From Stegostoma tigrinum (lineage: Eukaryota): 64,000 nucleotides of DNA. The translations under genes were made by a program, and so were the position numbers. The notes below the pieces were generated by a model that saw only the letters and a program-made list of their open reading frames with translations, was not told where the DNA came from and did no database searches. Position 1 is the first letter of the stretch. Each line of letters begins with the position of its first letter. Shown here piece after piece: positions 38,591 through 51,420 of the stretch. Location: NCBI RefSeq assembly GCF_030684315.1, contig NC_081369.1:13306035-13370034 (forward strand), given 5' to 3'.

Positions 38591-39569
38591 GTGTGACTCT
38601 GGAGAGGCAAATGACCAGAATGTGCGTGCATGCCGACAGTTCCAGCATCATATCAAATACCTGAAGATTTTGTGCAATCAGTCTTTAGAAGCAAATCGCA
38701 AGAACTTTGTCCAAATTCTACACAACTTGTCTGAATCGGCAACAGAACTGTTGGGCCTCTCCACTGTGTGTATTGGTGAAAATCCTTTCTTCTATTCTGG
38801 GCAGGACTTGCTGCAAAGTATCAAAAGTTTATTTAAAACAGCCTCCCATGTACCTCTCCGCCACATTGACTTCCGAGAAATGCCGTTCACTTTGGATGAT
38901 AACATCGTCCAACTTGTCACCAGCAGAAGTCCCTCTTTAGAGAGTTTGTTCATCAATAATAAGACACTTGTATGCAAGGTGACTTCTGAAACTCTTCAGG
39001 AGGCCCTGAGGACTTGCCCAAATCTGGCTGCTCTGGGATTGTTTTATGCAAGCCTGACAGAAAACATTCTAGCTGAGCTGCTGAATGCCAAGCGACCGCC
39101 ATTGAAACTCCTTCAGCTACACTGTGAGCGTATGGATAAATATAATCCAACTATCTCAGCTGAAATGTGGGAGGCTCTGGCGAAGAGATACCCTACACTT
39201 TGTGTGGACATCGAGCTGGACCATACAGTCCCTGCTAAGAAAATACCCCAAATCCTGCAGCCTACTATCCCAGTGGTCAGCCTAGAATTAAGTACCTTCA
39301 CTTTTATGGTGGAGCAAGTCAACTTTATCTCTCAAAACTATCACAACACGTTAAAAAGGATTGTTCTGCAAACAACGTCCTCTGATGAACTGAACCAGGC
39401 TTTGATGAGACTGGCATCTTCCTGCTTGTCTTTAGAAGAGATTCATTGCTACTGTGTGGTGGCCGTGGATGTGGTGCATGCTTTCATTCTGCACTGTCCC
39501 AGACTCTGCAGATACACACTGAAAACCTCTAAAGAGCCACACCCCTGGCTGCCAGCAATTCTACGATGA
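38591..39569 (+). CDS. FBXL8: FBXL8 final coding exon (leucine-rich-repeat region); spliced protein 371 aa
   Basis: Acceptor tttgctgtcag|G completes the phase-2 AGG codon into the long ORF: CDSG..CIGENPFFYSG..IDFREMPFTLDD..LESLFINNKTLVCKV..EEIHCYCVV..CPRLCRYTLK..EPHPW, stop 39567-39569. These motifs match FBXL8, and its position upstream of HSF4 agrees. Confidence 0.93.
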
Positions 39570-39613
39570 ACTTAGGAGTTGAGCTGCATGACCCAAGTTG
39601 TCAAGTGACGGTG

Positions 39614-39619
39614 AATAAA
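39614..39619 (+). terminator. Candidate FBXL8 poly(A) signal (alternative at 40343-40348)
   Basis: AATAAA hexamers downstream of the stop codon. Usage is unknown. Confidence 0.4.
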
Positions 39620-41002
39620 CATCTGTTGATTCTGCTATATTCAGCTTGAAGAAAGTGCACAGGCTCTGCTTTAATGGGCTCTCTCCAAGGAGAAATCTAA
39701 ATGTTTTGAAAATTGAAAGGCCTCAGCTTGCAACAAAAGGACCCAATAGTACAAAAGACATTAACAAATGGAAAATTTACAGCTTCTGCAAAACAAACAG
39801 CCTTAAAAATCATTGTGGTGTGCAACAACTGACGGCCAATTGTCTCCTAATCCCGTGCCTTCAACATTTTGCACATAGTAACGTGATGGTCAGGTCTGTT
39901 CTACTCTCTAACATCCTATTCAGTAAGCAACTCTGTCCTGAACCTTCTATATACATACAGAACCATTTAAGTTCGTCAAGAGTATTTACACTGCAGTGAG
40001 AAATTGTGCCCCAAAGTCACACCAGGCCTGTTTGGCCTCTTTTTATAAACTCATAAATTGCATGTTTTACTTTTCATTATTGGTATTCCTTTGGATGACT
40101 GCTGTTTTGGAAACGAAGGAGTTGGTTTCAGTGCAGTGGGAAGTCATCTAGGGTTCCATCTTTCGCAGAGCAGCCTTCAGGGGGTGTAAAGGAAAGCGGA
40201 GGGTCAGGACAAACAGCAAACAAACCTAACCACCACTTGGGTTGAAAGGTGGATAGCTTCCTCACTCAAAATTCTCCAGTTTCGAACTTCTTTAATATGA
40301 CGGTAATTAGATGTGGGTCGATTAGATTCTTGTGGCATTGATAATAAAATATTTCAAAGTTGAGCTCTCTCCCCTCACACCCAGCATAATTATCGTTGTT
40401 GTCTTTCTCATTAACGTTCTTTTAATTTTGTAGTGTACAAGGATGTGTTCAGACACATAATCAGCAGTGCCCTGAAATGGGATCTCTCAACATCAGCATT
40501 GACTGTGCTTTAAAAAAGATCACTTTGTTTTTCTGGTGATCTTTTGGAAATATTAACAAAGGTGTGAATACAGTTAAGAGTGCTACATTATTGTTCCTGA
40601 TTATCACTGTTAACTACATAGAGAGCTAAAAGTAAAACCTAGAATTTATAAGCTGTTTTTTCCTATAACTTTGCAATAAGAATTCCAGTAACTTCATGAC
40701 TGTTAAATGCAATGGCTTCTTTTTGTCTATTTAATAATATTAAAATACTTAATTTCTATCATTAGACTCAAGAACATTCTTTTGTACTTCAAGTGCTAAG
40801 CCGGAGTCTTAGAAACAAACAAAGTTTTTTCCAATGGAGTGATGGAGCTATGACCGGTTGAAGAGCCTTACTCTGTCACACAGCTGTTTTCTTTGATCTT
40901 ATGTGTCTGCTTTGCCTGTGTAAATCATCCTGGGTTATCTTTCTACATTCTCCTTGTGCAATCACAACATTAATGGTGATAAGGAAGCATCATGCTGTCA
41001 AG

Positions 41003-41275
41003 AGATAGTAGGAACTGCCGATGCTGGAGAATCTCAGATAACAAGGTGTAGAGCTGGATGAACACAGCAGGCCAAGCAGCATCAGAGGAGCAGGAAAGCT
41101 GATGTTTTGCGCCTAGATTCTTCTTCAGAAATGAGGGAGGGGAAAGGTGTTCTGAAATGAACCCCCTCCGTCCCCAATTTCTGAAGAAGGGTCTAGGCCC
41201 AAAACATCAGCTTTCCTGCTCCTCTGATGCTGCTTGGCCTGCTGTGTTCATCCAGCTCTACTCCTTGTTATCTCT
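41003..41275. repeat. Penelope-tail inverted-repeat insertion
   Basis: Inverted arms. TSD atcatgctgtcaag at 40989-41002 and 41276-41289. Confidence 0.88.
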
Positions 41276-41344
41276 ATCATGCTGTCAAGTTTTAATGATG
41301 AAAAACATTGCTGTTTTATCTTCGATTCTTTTTATTATAATGGT

Positions 41345-42362
41345 GGTGAAGGGAAGCTTTTCCGACTGGAGGCCTATGACCAGCAGTGTTCCACAAGGAT
41401 CAGTGTTGGGTCCACTACGTTTTGTCATTTATATAAATGATTTGGATGTGAACATAGGAGGCATGGTTAGTAAGTTTGCAATGACACTAAAATTGGAGGT
41501 GTAGTGGACAGGAAAGGTTACCTCAGAGTACAACAGGATCTTGATGAGACGGGTCAATGGGCTGAGGAGTGGCAGTTGGAGTTTAATTTAGATAAATGTG
41601 AGATACAGCATTTTGGAAGGGCATATCGGGGCAAGACTTTTACACAGTTAATGGTAAGGTCCTGGTGAGTGTTTCTGATTGAAGAGACCTTGAAGTGCAG
41701 GTTCATAGTTCTTTGAAAGTCAAAGTAGAAAGGATAGTGAAGAAGGCATTTTGTATGCTTGCCTTTCTTGGCCACTGCATGGGTATAAAATTTGGGAGGT
41801 CATGTTGCAGCTGTACAGGACATTGGTTTGGCTAGTTTTGGAGTATTGCGTGCAATTCTGGTCTTCCTGCAATAGGAAGGATGTTGGAAGGGTTCAGAAA
41901 GGATTTATGAGGATGTTGCCAGTGTTGGGGCGTTTAAACTACAGGGAAAGGCTGAATAGGCTGGAGCTATTTTCCCTGCAGCGTTGGAGGCTGTGGGGTG
42001 ACCTTACAAAATCATGAGGGGAAGAGATCGGATAAATAGGCAAGGTCTTTTCCCCAGGGTAGGGGAATCCAAAACTAGAGAGCATAGGTTTAAAGTGAGG
42101 GGGGGAAGATATAAAACAGACTTAAAGAATAACTTTTTCACGCAGAGGGTGGTACGTGTATGGAATGAACTGTCAGAGGGAGTCGTGGAGGCTGATATAA
42201 TTGCAACATTTAAAAGGCATCTGGATGTATGAATAGGAAGGGTTTAGAGGGGAGATAGAGTGAATGCTGGCAAATGGGACTAGATTAATGTAGAATATCT
42301 GGTTGGCATGAACGAGTTAGACCAAAGTATCTGTTTCTGTGCTGTGTATATCTGTGACTCTG
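41345..42362 (+). mobile_element. CR1 LINE 3' portion
   Basis: VPQGSVLGPL.FVIYINDLD, LEYCVQFWS, KTREHRFKVRG. Confidence 0.9.
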
Positions 42363-42364
42363 TT

Positions 42365-43070
42365 CATTCATGGGACATGGGGATTGCTGGCTGGGCAGCA
42401 TTTATTGCCCGTCCCAAGTTGCCCTTGAGAAGGTGGTGGTGAGCTGCTTTCTTGAACACTGCAGTCCACATATGCTGTGGGTTGACCCACAATGACATTA
42501 GGGAGGAAATTCCAGGATTTTTGACCAAGTGGCAGGGAAGGAATGATGATATATTTCCGCATAGTGAGTGGCTTGGAAGGGAACTTGCAGGTGGTGGTCT
42601 TCCTATGTATCTGCTGCCTTTGCCCTTCTGACTGGGAGGGGTCCTGATGTCTAAGAACCTTTGGTGAATTTCTGCCATGTGTCTTGCACTGAGCATCGTG
42701 GTGGAGAGTGGATGCTTGTGGATGCAGTGCCAGTCAAGAGGGCTGCTTTACCGTGGATGGTATCAAGCTTTTTGAGTGTTGTTGGGACTGCACCCATTCA
42801 GGCAAATGGGGAGTATTCCATCACACTCCTGACTTGTGTCTTGTAGATGGTGGGCAGGCTTTGGAAAGTCAGGCGATGAGTTATTTGCTGCAGAACTGAG
42901 TTTTGAGGAAGGGTCGCCAGACCGGAAGCGTTAACTCTGATTTTTTTCTTCACAGATGCTGCCGGACCTGCTGAGCTTTTCCAGCAACTTCTGTTTTCAT
43001 TCCTGATTTACAGCATCCGCAGTTTTTTCAGTGACCTCAGGGATGTTGATAGTGGTGGTTTCAGTGATTC
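42365..43070 (-). mobile_element. Second-family CR1/L2-group LINE 3' fragment (Penelope tail at 42897-43030)
   Basis: Its reverse complement matches 22560-23195. Confidence 0.8.
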
Positions 43071-43436
43071 TTGAGTACCTATCCATGAATAGAGGTTTCA
43101 CCCTTTCTTTCCTCTGTCACCTCCACTTGTCCACGAGCCCTTCTAAATCTCTGAACTGCACTCATTGCCAATTTTAATTTTTTGACTGGTGGCTACACTT
43201 TTAACTGCCCGAGTTCTCTCTCTCTGCCTCTCTACTGCACTGCCTCCTCAAACACAGCCCTTAAAGCTTACCTGTTTGATCAAATTTTTGGTCACTTCCC
43301 CCAGTACTACTAATGTGGCTGAATGCCAAGTTTTGTTTGATTAGGCTCGTGTGCAGTTCCTTAGAATGTCTTATGATACAGAAGATATTATGTAACTCTA
43401 TTAGTGAGTAATGGTACAAATGGTTTACAACACTGT

Positions 43437-43749
43437 AATTAGATTAGATTCCCTACAGTGTGGAACAGGCCCTTCAGCCCAACAAGTCCACACCGCCCCT
43501 TGGAGCATCCCACCCAGACCCCCTATAACCCACACACCCCTGAACACTAAGGGAAATTTAGCATGGCCGATCCACCTAGGCTGCACATCTTTGGACTGTG
43601 GGAGGAAACCGGAGCACCCAGAGGAAACCCACGCAGACACAGGGAGAATGTGCAAACTCCACACAGGCAGTTACCCGAGGCTGGAATCAAACCTGGGTCC
43701 CTGGCGCTGTGAGGCTGCAGTGCTAACCACTGAGCCACCGTGCCGCCCT
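43437..43749 (-). mobile_element. HE1-like SINE, full length
   Basis: Head GGGCGGCACGGTGGCTCAGTGGTTAGCACTGC, core and AATCT tail. Confidence 0.92.
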
Positions 43750-44007
43750 AAATGTCAACAATGATTCATTATACATCTGTTTAGATGTTATTATTCTTTT
43801 ATAAATGTGGGTGTCTCTGGCAAGGCCAGCGTTTGTTGGTGTTGGTGTTGGTGAGTGCCATTTTAAACCATCTGGTACAGTTACAACTACAGTGCCATTA
43901 GAAAAGGAATTCCAGGATTTTAAGCTGTATCCATTTGTGCTTCCTTCTCCAGGTGGCATAGTTTAGGGGTTTGTAAAGTCCTGTTTAAGTAATCTAGTTG
44001 AGTTGGT

Positions 44008-44260
44008 GATAACACAGTGTGGAGCTGGAGGAGTACAGCAGACCAGGCAGCGTCAGAGGAGCAGGAAAGTTGATGTTTTGGGTTGGGATCCTTCTTCGGA
44101 AATGGGGGAGGCGAAAGTGAGTCCTGAAATAAATAGGGAGAGGAGGTCTGGGACTGGGGAAGGTACGTAGGATGGTGATAGTTGTGTGCAGGTAGGCAGC
44201 GGTGAGGATTGGTCAGTGAGGTGGGAGGAGCGGATAGGTGGGAGAGAGATGGAGAGAGGT
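44008..44260 (-). mobile_element. Penelope 3' fragment (related piece at 46085-46370)
   Basis: Matches the 62853-63400 family. Confidence 0.75.
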
Positions 44261-44429
44261 TGTATCAAGTCAAGGAAACACCAATATTTTCCAAATACCA
44301 AATTCCAATATCCTGCCTTCCAGTCCACAAATACTCTACCCAACTTTGCAACAATATTATGAAGCTAGTGAGCGTTCAGAAGAGATCTACCAGAATGTTG
44401 TTGGTTATGGATGTTTTTGATAGACCATT

Positions 44430-46085
44430 AAATAGTACAGCACATTACTGGCCCTTCGGCCCACAATGTTATGCCGAACTTTTACTCTAATCCCAAGGTC
44501 TATCTGGCCTCCACCCTACCTTATACTATCTAATAGCCGCTTAAATGTCCCAATGAGGCCGACTCCACTACCCTCCCTGGCAATGCATTCCACACCCCGA
44601 CCACTCTCTGAGTAAAGAACCTACGTGTGACGTCTCCCCTTTATCTACCTCCACTCACTTTAAAACTATGCCCCCTTGTAATAGCTACCCCCATCCCAGG
44701 AACAAGTCTCTGGTTGTCCACTCTACCTATACCTCTGATCATTCTGTATACCTCTATCAAGTCACCTCTCATCCATCATCGTTCTAAAGAGAAAAGCTCC
44801 AGCTCTCTCAACTTTTCCTCATAAGACCTTACCTCCATTCCAGCCCACATCCTGGTCAATCTCTTCAGAATCTTTTCCAATGCTTCCACATCTTTCCTTT
44901 AATGAGGCGACCTGAACTGGGCACAATACTCCATGTGTGGCCAAACCAGGCTTTTGTGTGGCTGGAGCATAACTTCATGGCTCTTGAACTCAATCCCTCT
45001 ATTAATGAAAGCTAACACACCATACACCTTCTTAACAAGTCTATCCACCTGGGTGGCAGCTTTCAGGGAACTGTGGACATCAACCCCGAGATCCCTCTGC
45101 TCCTCCACACTGTCAAGAATCTTTCTGTTAACCCTGTATTCTGCTTTCAAGTTTTTCCTACCAAAATGAATTACCTCGCACTTTTCAGGGTTAAACTCCA
45201 TATGCCATTTCTCAGCCCAGCTCTGCATCCTATCAGTGTCCCTTTGTAATCTAGAATAGGCTGCCACACTATCCACAATGTGACCCACCTTCGTATCGAT
45301 AGGGTGGGACATTCTTCTCTAGAGCATAGGAAGTTGAGAAGTGACTTTATAGAGATTCATAAAATCATGTGGGTTATGGATATGATTAATGGTAGGTGTA
45401 TTTTCCCTAGGATGGGAGATTTAAAGACCAGGGGACATATCTTTAAGGTGAAAGGAGAGATTTAAAAAAGACATAAGATGCAAATATTTTATACAGTGGG
45501 TGGTTCATGTGTGGAATGACCTTTCAGAACACATAATGGATGCAGGCACAGCTACAACTTTTAAAAATCACTTAGATAGAAAAGATTTGGAGGGTTAGGG
45601 GCCAGGAAGAGGCAGGTGGGACTTAACTAGTTTGGGACTATGTTCAGCATGGACTGATTGAACTGAAGGTTCTGTTTTGTGCTATATGATTCTCTGACCT
45701 CCTCCTTTCTTGTATTGATATGCCTTAGAATATCAATGTACCCATCTCTAGACTCACTCTAGACTGGTAGATAGGGAGAGCCTTTTTTCTAAGATGTTGA
45801 CGGCGAGCACGAGGGGGCATAGCTTTAAATTGAGGGGTGAAAGATATAGGACAGATGTCAGAGGTAGTTTCTTTACTCAGAGAGTAGTAAGGGAATGGAA
45901 CGCTTTGCCTGCAATGGTTGTAGATTCGCCAACTTTAGGTACATTTAAGTCGTCATTGGATGAGCATATGGACGTACATGGAATAGTGTAGGTTAGATAG
46001 GCTTCAGATCGGTATGACAGGTCGGCACAACATCAAGGGCCGAAGGGCCTGTACTGTGCTGTAATGTTCTATGTTCTATGTTCTA
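44430..46085. mobile_element. Cluster of CR1 3' fragments (44430-45297 -, 45298-45700 +, 45762-46085 +)
   Basis: ORFs WHMEFNPEKCEV..EEQRDLGV, KLRSDFIEIHKIM and TRGHSFKLRGERYRTDVRG. (GTTCTAT)n tail at ~46066-46085. Confidence 0.85.
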
Positions 46086-46369
46086 AGCAGGGATGAGACG
46101 GAGGGTTGGTCATGGGATGAGACCGGGAGTGGGGAGATTTTGAAACTGGTAAAGTCCACATTGAGACCTTTGGGTTGGAGGCTCCCAAGGCAGAATATGA
46201 GGTGCTGCTTCTCCAGTTTCCGGGTGATGTCATTATGATGCTAGAGGAGGCTCAGGATGGACATGTCGCCTAGGGAGTGCGATGAAGTGTTGAAGAGGTT
46301 CCCGTCTGGAAGGTATTGTTTGTCATGAACAGAGTGCAGGTGCTCTACAAAGTGGTCTCTGCGCCTCCA

Positions 46370-46566
46370 AGGAAATGAGTTACTCACCTATGAATCCCTA
46401 GAATCTAACTTGTCTTTGTAGCTACAGTGTTTATGTGCTTGTCCAGTTCAGTTTTCAGTCAATAGTAAGCAGCAGGATATTTATTGTGGAGGACTCAACA
46501 ATGGGAATGAATCTTAAAGGGAGGTGGTTTGATTCTTGCTTTCTTGCAATGTTCACTGCCTAGCAG
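46370..46566 (-). mobile_element. Second-family LINE fragment, downstream half of the R2 target (upstream half 50415-50550)
   Basis: On minus, 50550-50415 reads ataaggtcagaagt..agcaagacctggacaacattcaggcttgg..gccacata. 46570-46370 continues aactgctaggcagtgaac..gaatcaaacc. Together they are colinear with 22335-22660. Confidence 0.75.
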
Positions 46567-49500
46567 TTTTGAAACACTCTGAAGGGGCCTTATTTGAGTT
46601 TTACTGTCACGTGTTGACATTTTGGTAACTTCCAAGGAGCAAAATCACAGTGACAGGATCTGAAGGAGGATGGTCCAGGGGCATCCTGGGGCCTGGGACA
46701 ATATACCAAGCGGTGATCCTCTTAGACAACCGTCGTGCAATGGGAAATGTAGAGCAAGGCAGGCCCCTCCAATTGGTTGGCCACGGCCAAAAACATTTTG
46801 TGCATAGTTAAACCTTACAACAGTGCAATACAACCATGAAAATTTATTCAAATTTAATTCACTTAAAATAACTATCTTATCCACCATCGTTAAACATACC
46901 TTGTGTAGGTGCCCACATCAAAGTGGCCTTGGACAGCCCATCACACCTTGGCACTGGAGGTGGGTGTATACTCAGCTTGCGCTGGGCAGTATTTTGTAGT
47001 CTTCATCTGTTGCTGAGTATCTGTAGAAGTTCCAGCATCAGGGAGATGGTGAACCTGGATAAGTCTTGGGCAAACGACTTGTATCTCTGAATGCCCAAAA
47101 CATGCATTAGACAGTCGATTTTCTTGAAACACTTTCCTGGTGCTGCTAAGATGAATCCAAAGAATGAGGGCTTAGCTTGTTGTGTCAAATTTTTGATTTC
47201 TCAGTCCTGATGTTCATACATTGAGGTCTTCCTGGTCCAGGTCCTCTCCAAGGACTTCTGGGTGTGTTCAAAACATGCCATCACACCCATTAGGGTGATC
47301 CTTCAGTCCTTTTTGAAGATGAGGTCCGGCTTCCATAGTTTTCCTTCCTTATCCTTTATCCTCAGCTCCAAGTACTTCATCTAGCTGTATTTACCAACAA
47401 ACTGGTGCAGTTTCTCCACTGTTTTATTATGCGAGCATTATTAATGAAGGGGGAGCTTCCTGAGATGTGTGAGAGTGTTTCCCAAGGAGCATTGCACCTC
47501 CTGCTTTCTTTGTTTAGGTAGGGTCTGCCTCTGGTTAGGATTGTCCTGCTTTGGTGGTGGTTGCACCTGAGTACTCAACTGTTGATTAACTTTGATGATT
47601 TGATCTGGAATCTGTTTTTGCCCATGAAATGGATATGCGTCATTCTTGTAGTATTATATTCCAAGGTTTGACCACTTGGCTAGCTCCCTGTCGCACGAGG
47701 CTTTGCAGTCAATATTGTTTATTGTAAGGTGTTCTGGGATTGGTGGATCTGGGAGTATCTCCAGCTCTGCTGATGGGTTCTTGTTTGAATTTGTCTTAAG
47801 TCGGTAGGTCTCAACATCTTTGAGGACTTTAAGGTGTCCCAGGCCTTCAGTTTGTCCCATATTGTCTTATTGTCAGAACTGGAAGGAATCCCAGATCAAT
47901 AAGTTCTTAGATTTTCTAAGCAACTCACATTTACGAAAAACAGCCACTGGGACCTGATCTTTGAGTTGAGGCATACCCAATCCTCCATGTCTGCTTCTTG
48001 AATAAGTTATACCATCTGAGGTGGTAAGTGTAAGATTTCTTTGACTGGGATCCGAATAATGGCAGCCGTTTCTGAAGACTACTTTCGGAAGAGTATTTTC
48101 AGAACACAGCCCTTCAATACTGGTTGTATTATTTGTGCGCTTATCTTTGAGTTGAGTGAAGGGCTTCAATAGACAGACTCTTTCGGTAGGTGTTTGTGTC
48201 CAATCAAGTCAAATGCCATAGTAAGTTTGATAAAGATAACTGATCCGTTCGGCACCTTTGATGATGTTGGCCAACGTGGTGATATTTTCATTGCAGCCGA
48301 AGGTCACTGCTAAAAAACAGTTTTTGTCTGAGTTTAATTTGAAACATGCCATTTAAGTGCTTCTCCATAATTTTCGTGAAGAGGCAAAGCAACGTGGGAC
48401 CAATTGTGATAGGCCTCCACTTATATGTCTCTCAGCTTCTCTAGCTCTTCTGTCTTTGCAACGAGAACAGTTTCGCTCTTCTTCAGGGGCTCTGGGATTG
48501 CACGAGATCTCAACCACAAGGTGAAGAGTCGTGAAACCCTGGCTGTGTCGCCGTCATGAATCTTCTGGATACATCCCACCTTCATGTTGTTGGGTTGCGC
48601 CGCACTGCTGGGGTCAATTCCTTTGATGGCTGTATCAACAACTTCTTCTTTGGTGGGTCACATGAGCAATTCATCATCCTTGCTTCTGATATTTAGCTTG
48701 AATCTGTTCAGATTTGCCTTGTTGTTTGGGGTGGGAAATTTTGCAAGGAAGGTTTCCAGCTCTTCCTTGGACAGTGGACATGCAGTGATGGCTGAATGTT
48801 CCGTGACCTGTTGAGCCAGCTACCTCTGTCTTGCTTGTAGAGTTGTTGAGTTGCCATGAATTTGGATTTCTTCACTGCCCAGCGTCTTCTTGCTCCTGAA
48901 TTCATCCCCAATTCTTCTACCTTTTTTCTTCCTTTTTTCCATCTTTGGTTTTTCCTCCTCTTTTTCCCTTCTCTTCCATCTTCAGTCCTTGGAGAAGGTT
49001 CTTCTCCATTAACGAGGAGGTCTGTGATACATTTGATATGCGCTAGTCCCAGGCTCTAACCTTGAATTTCCCTTTCTTGCTTATGAGTTCTTCCACCTGT
49101 GCAAGTTGGTCATCTAAGTCTCGGTGTTCCGGCGTGCAGGCGAGAAGTTCGATAGTCCTCTTTTGCCACTGGACACCTGAGGATTCAACTTCAGGGTCTT
49201 CTCTACGGGTGGCTTCTGGAGGTTCAGACACTGGGGCTTGAGGTCCCACATTGCTATTTTGCAGTATCCTCCAGTTGTCTGAGATCTGTTTAGGTGTTTT
49301 TTTAGTTAGCATACTGGTTTTTTTTTGATAAAAGTGCAACCTGCATACTGCTGTTCCAACTGATGAAGAAATCTTGTCTTGTCTTCCATCCATTTATAAG
49401 CTTTCCTTCGTTTGGATGTTGTCTTGCAGATTTCTACGTGCTTCTCGTTGCAATATTCTGCATGCTTTTGACATTCATGTTGGCTGAGGCCAGTGTTGAT

Positions 49501-50414
49501 GTGAATGTTACTCACATCCTGAGCATCCCCTGATTGTTTAGAAAGGCCAGTGCCATTATATTTCACATAACGACAAGCTATAGAGTGATATTCTCTGCTG
49601 TTCTTGCATTTTGAGAATATTCTTGACCTGATGTATCCTGGCCAAGTGGTCTCTAAAGGTCCCCATGGTTGGAAGGAGGGAGTTGTAGATTGCACAAAAC
49701 AGACCACCTGTGGAGTAGCGGATCATGATCTCATTTACGGATGTTCTGTCGAATGAAGGCTCGATTATGACTGGAGTGATATAAGTCATCATCTCCAATG
49801 TTTCCATGCCCTCTGTTGCTCACACATCTTGTTTTCCCTTTAGTTGTATCTTCAGAAGGCCTGAGTTGTGATAATCTGAGCCTGAGGGTGGGCCACCCTC
49901 ACGTTCTCTTCAATAACAGGGTTTGTGTCTTCTACGGCGACTCTAGGTCCTATAGGCCTTACCGAACCTTGACTCATGTAGTTATGGGAATGCGTATACT
50001 GGGTCTCTCCACCATCTCCTCTGTCTGGGTGGAGATAGATTCTTTTCTAATGTGTCATCTGCACTTTTCACAGGTCACTACTAATGAGCCTGGGGGAAGG
50101 TTTTTCTTCCAGGACACATCCCAACTGGACCAATAAGAGTCTTTAACTGTCTCCATTTTATATAGTTTTGTTTTGTGCATGATATTTGGTGGACAAGTTT
50201 CGTGATTCGTGCAGATCAAACAGCCATCTCGCAATTTTTCTAGGAAATATTTAGACAGCCAATAGCCAAGCGGAGTGATGCTTCCAGTGGGAACCTCGAG
50301 GAGGAACAACATTCATTGCAGCAGACAAAACTGTGTAAAAACTACCGCAGCGGTAACTAGCCAGGCACGACTCCCAAGGGAGATCCCTCCAAGAGATTCA
50401 TAGTTACTCCTGCT
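46567..50414 (-). mobile_element. R2-clade non-LTR retrotransposon, near full length, decayed, internal RT deletion
   Basis: Minus frames in order: three zinc fingers (CAIY..RDHLARIH; SKC..YHSIAC; GLSQHE..KH), Myb (KWMEDK..LEQQY..KTPKQISD), KKSKF..QQLYKQDR. RT WRPITIG..LFTKIM and VIFIKL.MAFD..H, then LKP and DGITYS..GGLG. CCHC RRC..ETLSHISG..ARII and RLE KLWKPDLIFKK. A 28S-like 23-mer lies at the 5' end. Confidence 0.9.
50245..50414 (-). ncRNA. Degenerate HDV-like R2 5' ribozyme
   Basis: Minus strand, in HDV order: 28S-derived P1 5' AGCAGGA, CC-TCCTCGA-GGT (P3/L3, 50296-50302), P1 3' TCCCACT (50286-50292), GG, P4, CTAA (50251-50254). P2 is aatgtt/aatatt. Confidence 0.65.
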
Positions 50415-50549
50415 ATATGTGGCCTGAAAGTCACTTGCCAGTTTTCCATCCAAGCCTGAATGTTGTCCAGGTCTTGCTACATTGGGGCACAGACTGGGAG
50501 TTTGATATAGTACATTGATTAACAGCATTCCGACTTCTGACCTTATCAT

Positions 50550-51420
50550 AAGAACTAAAAGCAGGAAAGGCTATTTAACCCATCAAGCTGCTCTGCCATT
50601 CAATAAGATCATGACTAATCTGATTTTGCCTTTAACTCCACTTGCCTACTGATTTCCCTGAACCGTTGACTGCATTGTCAATCACAAATCTGTTGAACTC
50701 CACCTTGAATTTATTCAATGCTGCCACTTTTCTCTGGAATTCGAAAGACCAATGACCCGTTGAGAGAAGAAATTTCTCCCCATCTCCATCTTAAATGGGA
50801 AATGCCTTGTTTTGAAGTTACTCCCCTAGTTCTACAAGAGGAAACATTCAGCATCTACCCTCTAAGACTGTTACACGTTTCAGTAAGATCACCTTATTCT
50901 TCTGAATGGCAATGAGTGTAAGCCCTAACCATCCTAGAGACAATCCTTTCATCTCAGGAATTGGCTTACTCAACCATCTCTGAAATTCTTCCAATGAACG
51001 TATATCCTTCATCAAGCCAGGAGACTAAAACTGTACTAAAACAGTCCAGATATACACTCTCACCAAAACCATCAGTACTTGCCCAGATCCTCCGGTGCCA
51101 CAATATTTTGCAGTCTCTCTCTATTTAACTAACGTTTTGCTTTTATATTATTCCTGCCAAAGTGGATCACCTCACATTTTCTACATTATACTCCATCCAC
51201 TGATCTTTTTGCTATCTTAAACTATCTATATCTCTCTGCAGGAAGTTAGAATCCTCCTCAAAACCTGCTTCCCTTCCTATCTTTCAATCATCAGTTTAAT
51301 TTGGCTACAGTACTGTAATCTGAACCTTAATGGAGATTGTAATAGTTGAGGTCCCAGCATGGATCCTTGTAGCCCTCCAAAAGTTTGTTTGCCAACCTCA
51401 AAATAATACCCTTTACTGTT
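50550..51420 (-). mobile_element. Old CR1 3' fragment
   Basis: Degenerate CR1 3' end (ccattcaataagatcatgactaatct, taagatcaccttattctt). Confidence 0.7.

Noticed and set aside
43700-43749. tRNA-like sequence
   Set aside because: This is the head of an HE1 SINE, not a tRNA gene.
50391-50413. 28S rRNA gene
   Set aside because: Only 23 nt match, so it is explained as the R2 leader rather than an rRNA locus.
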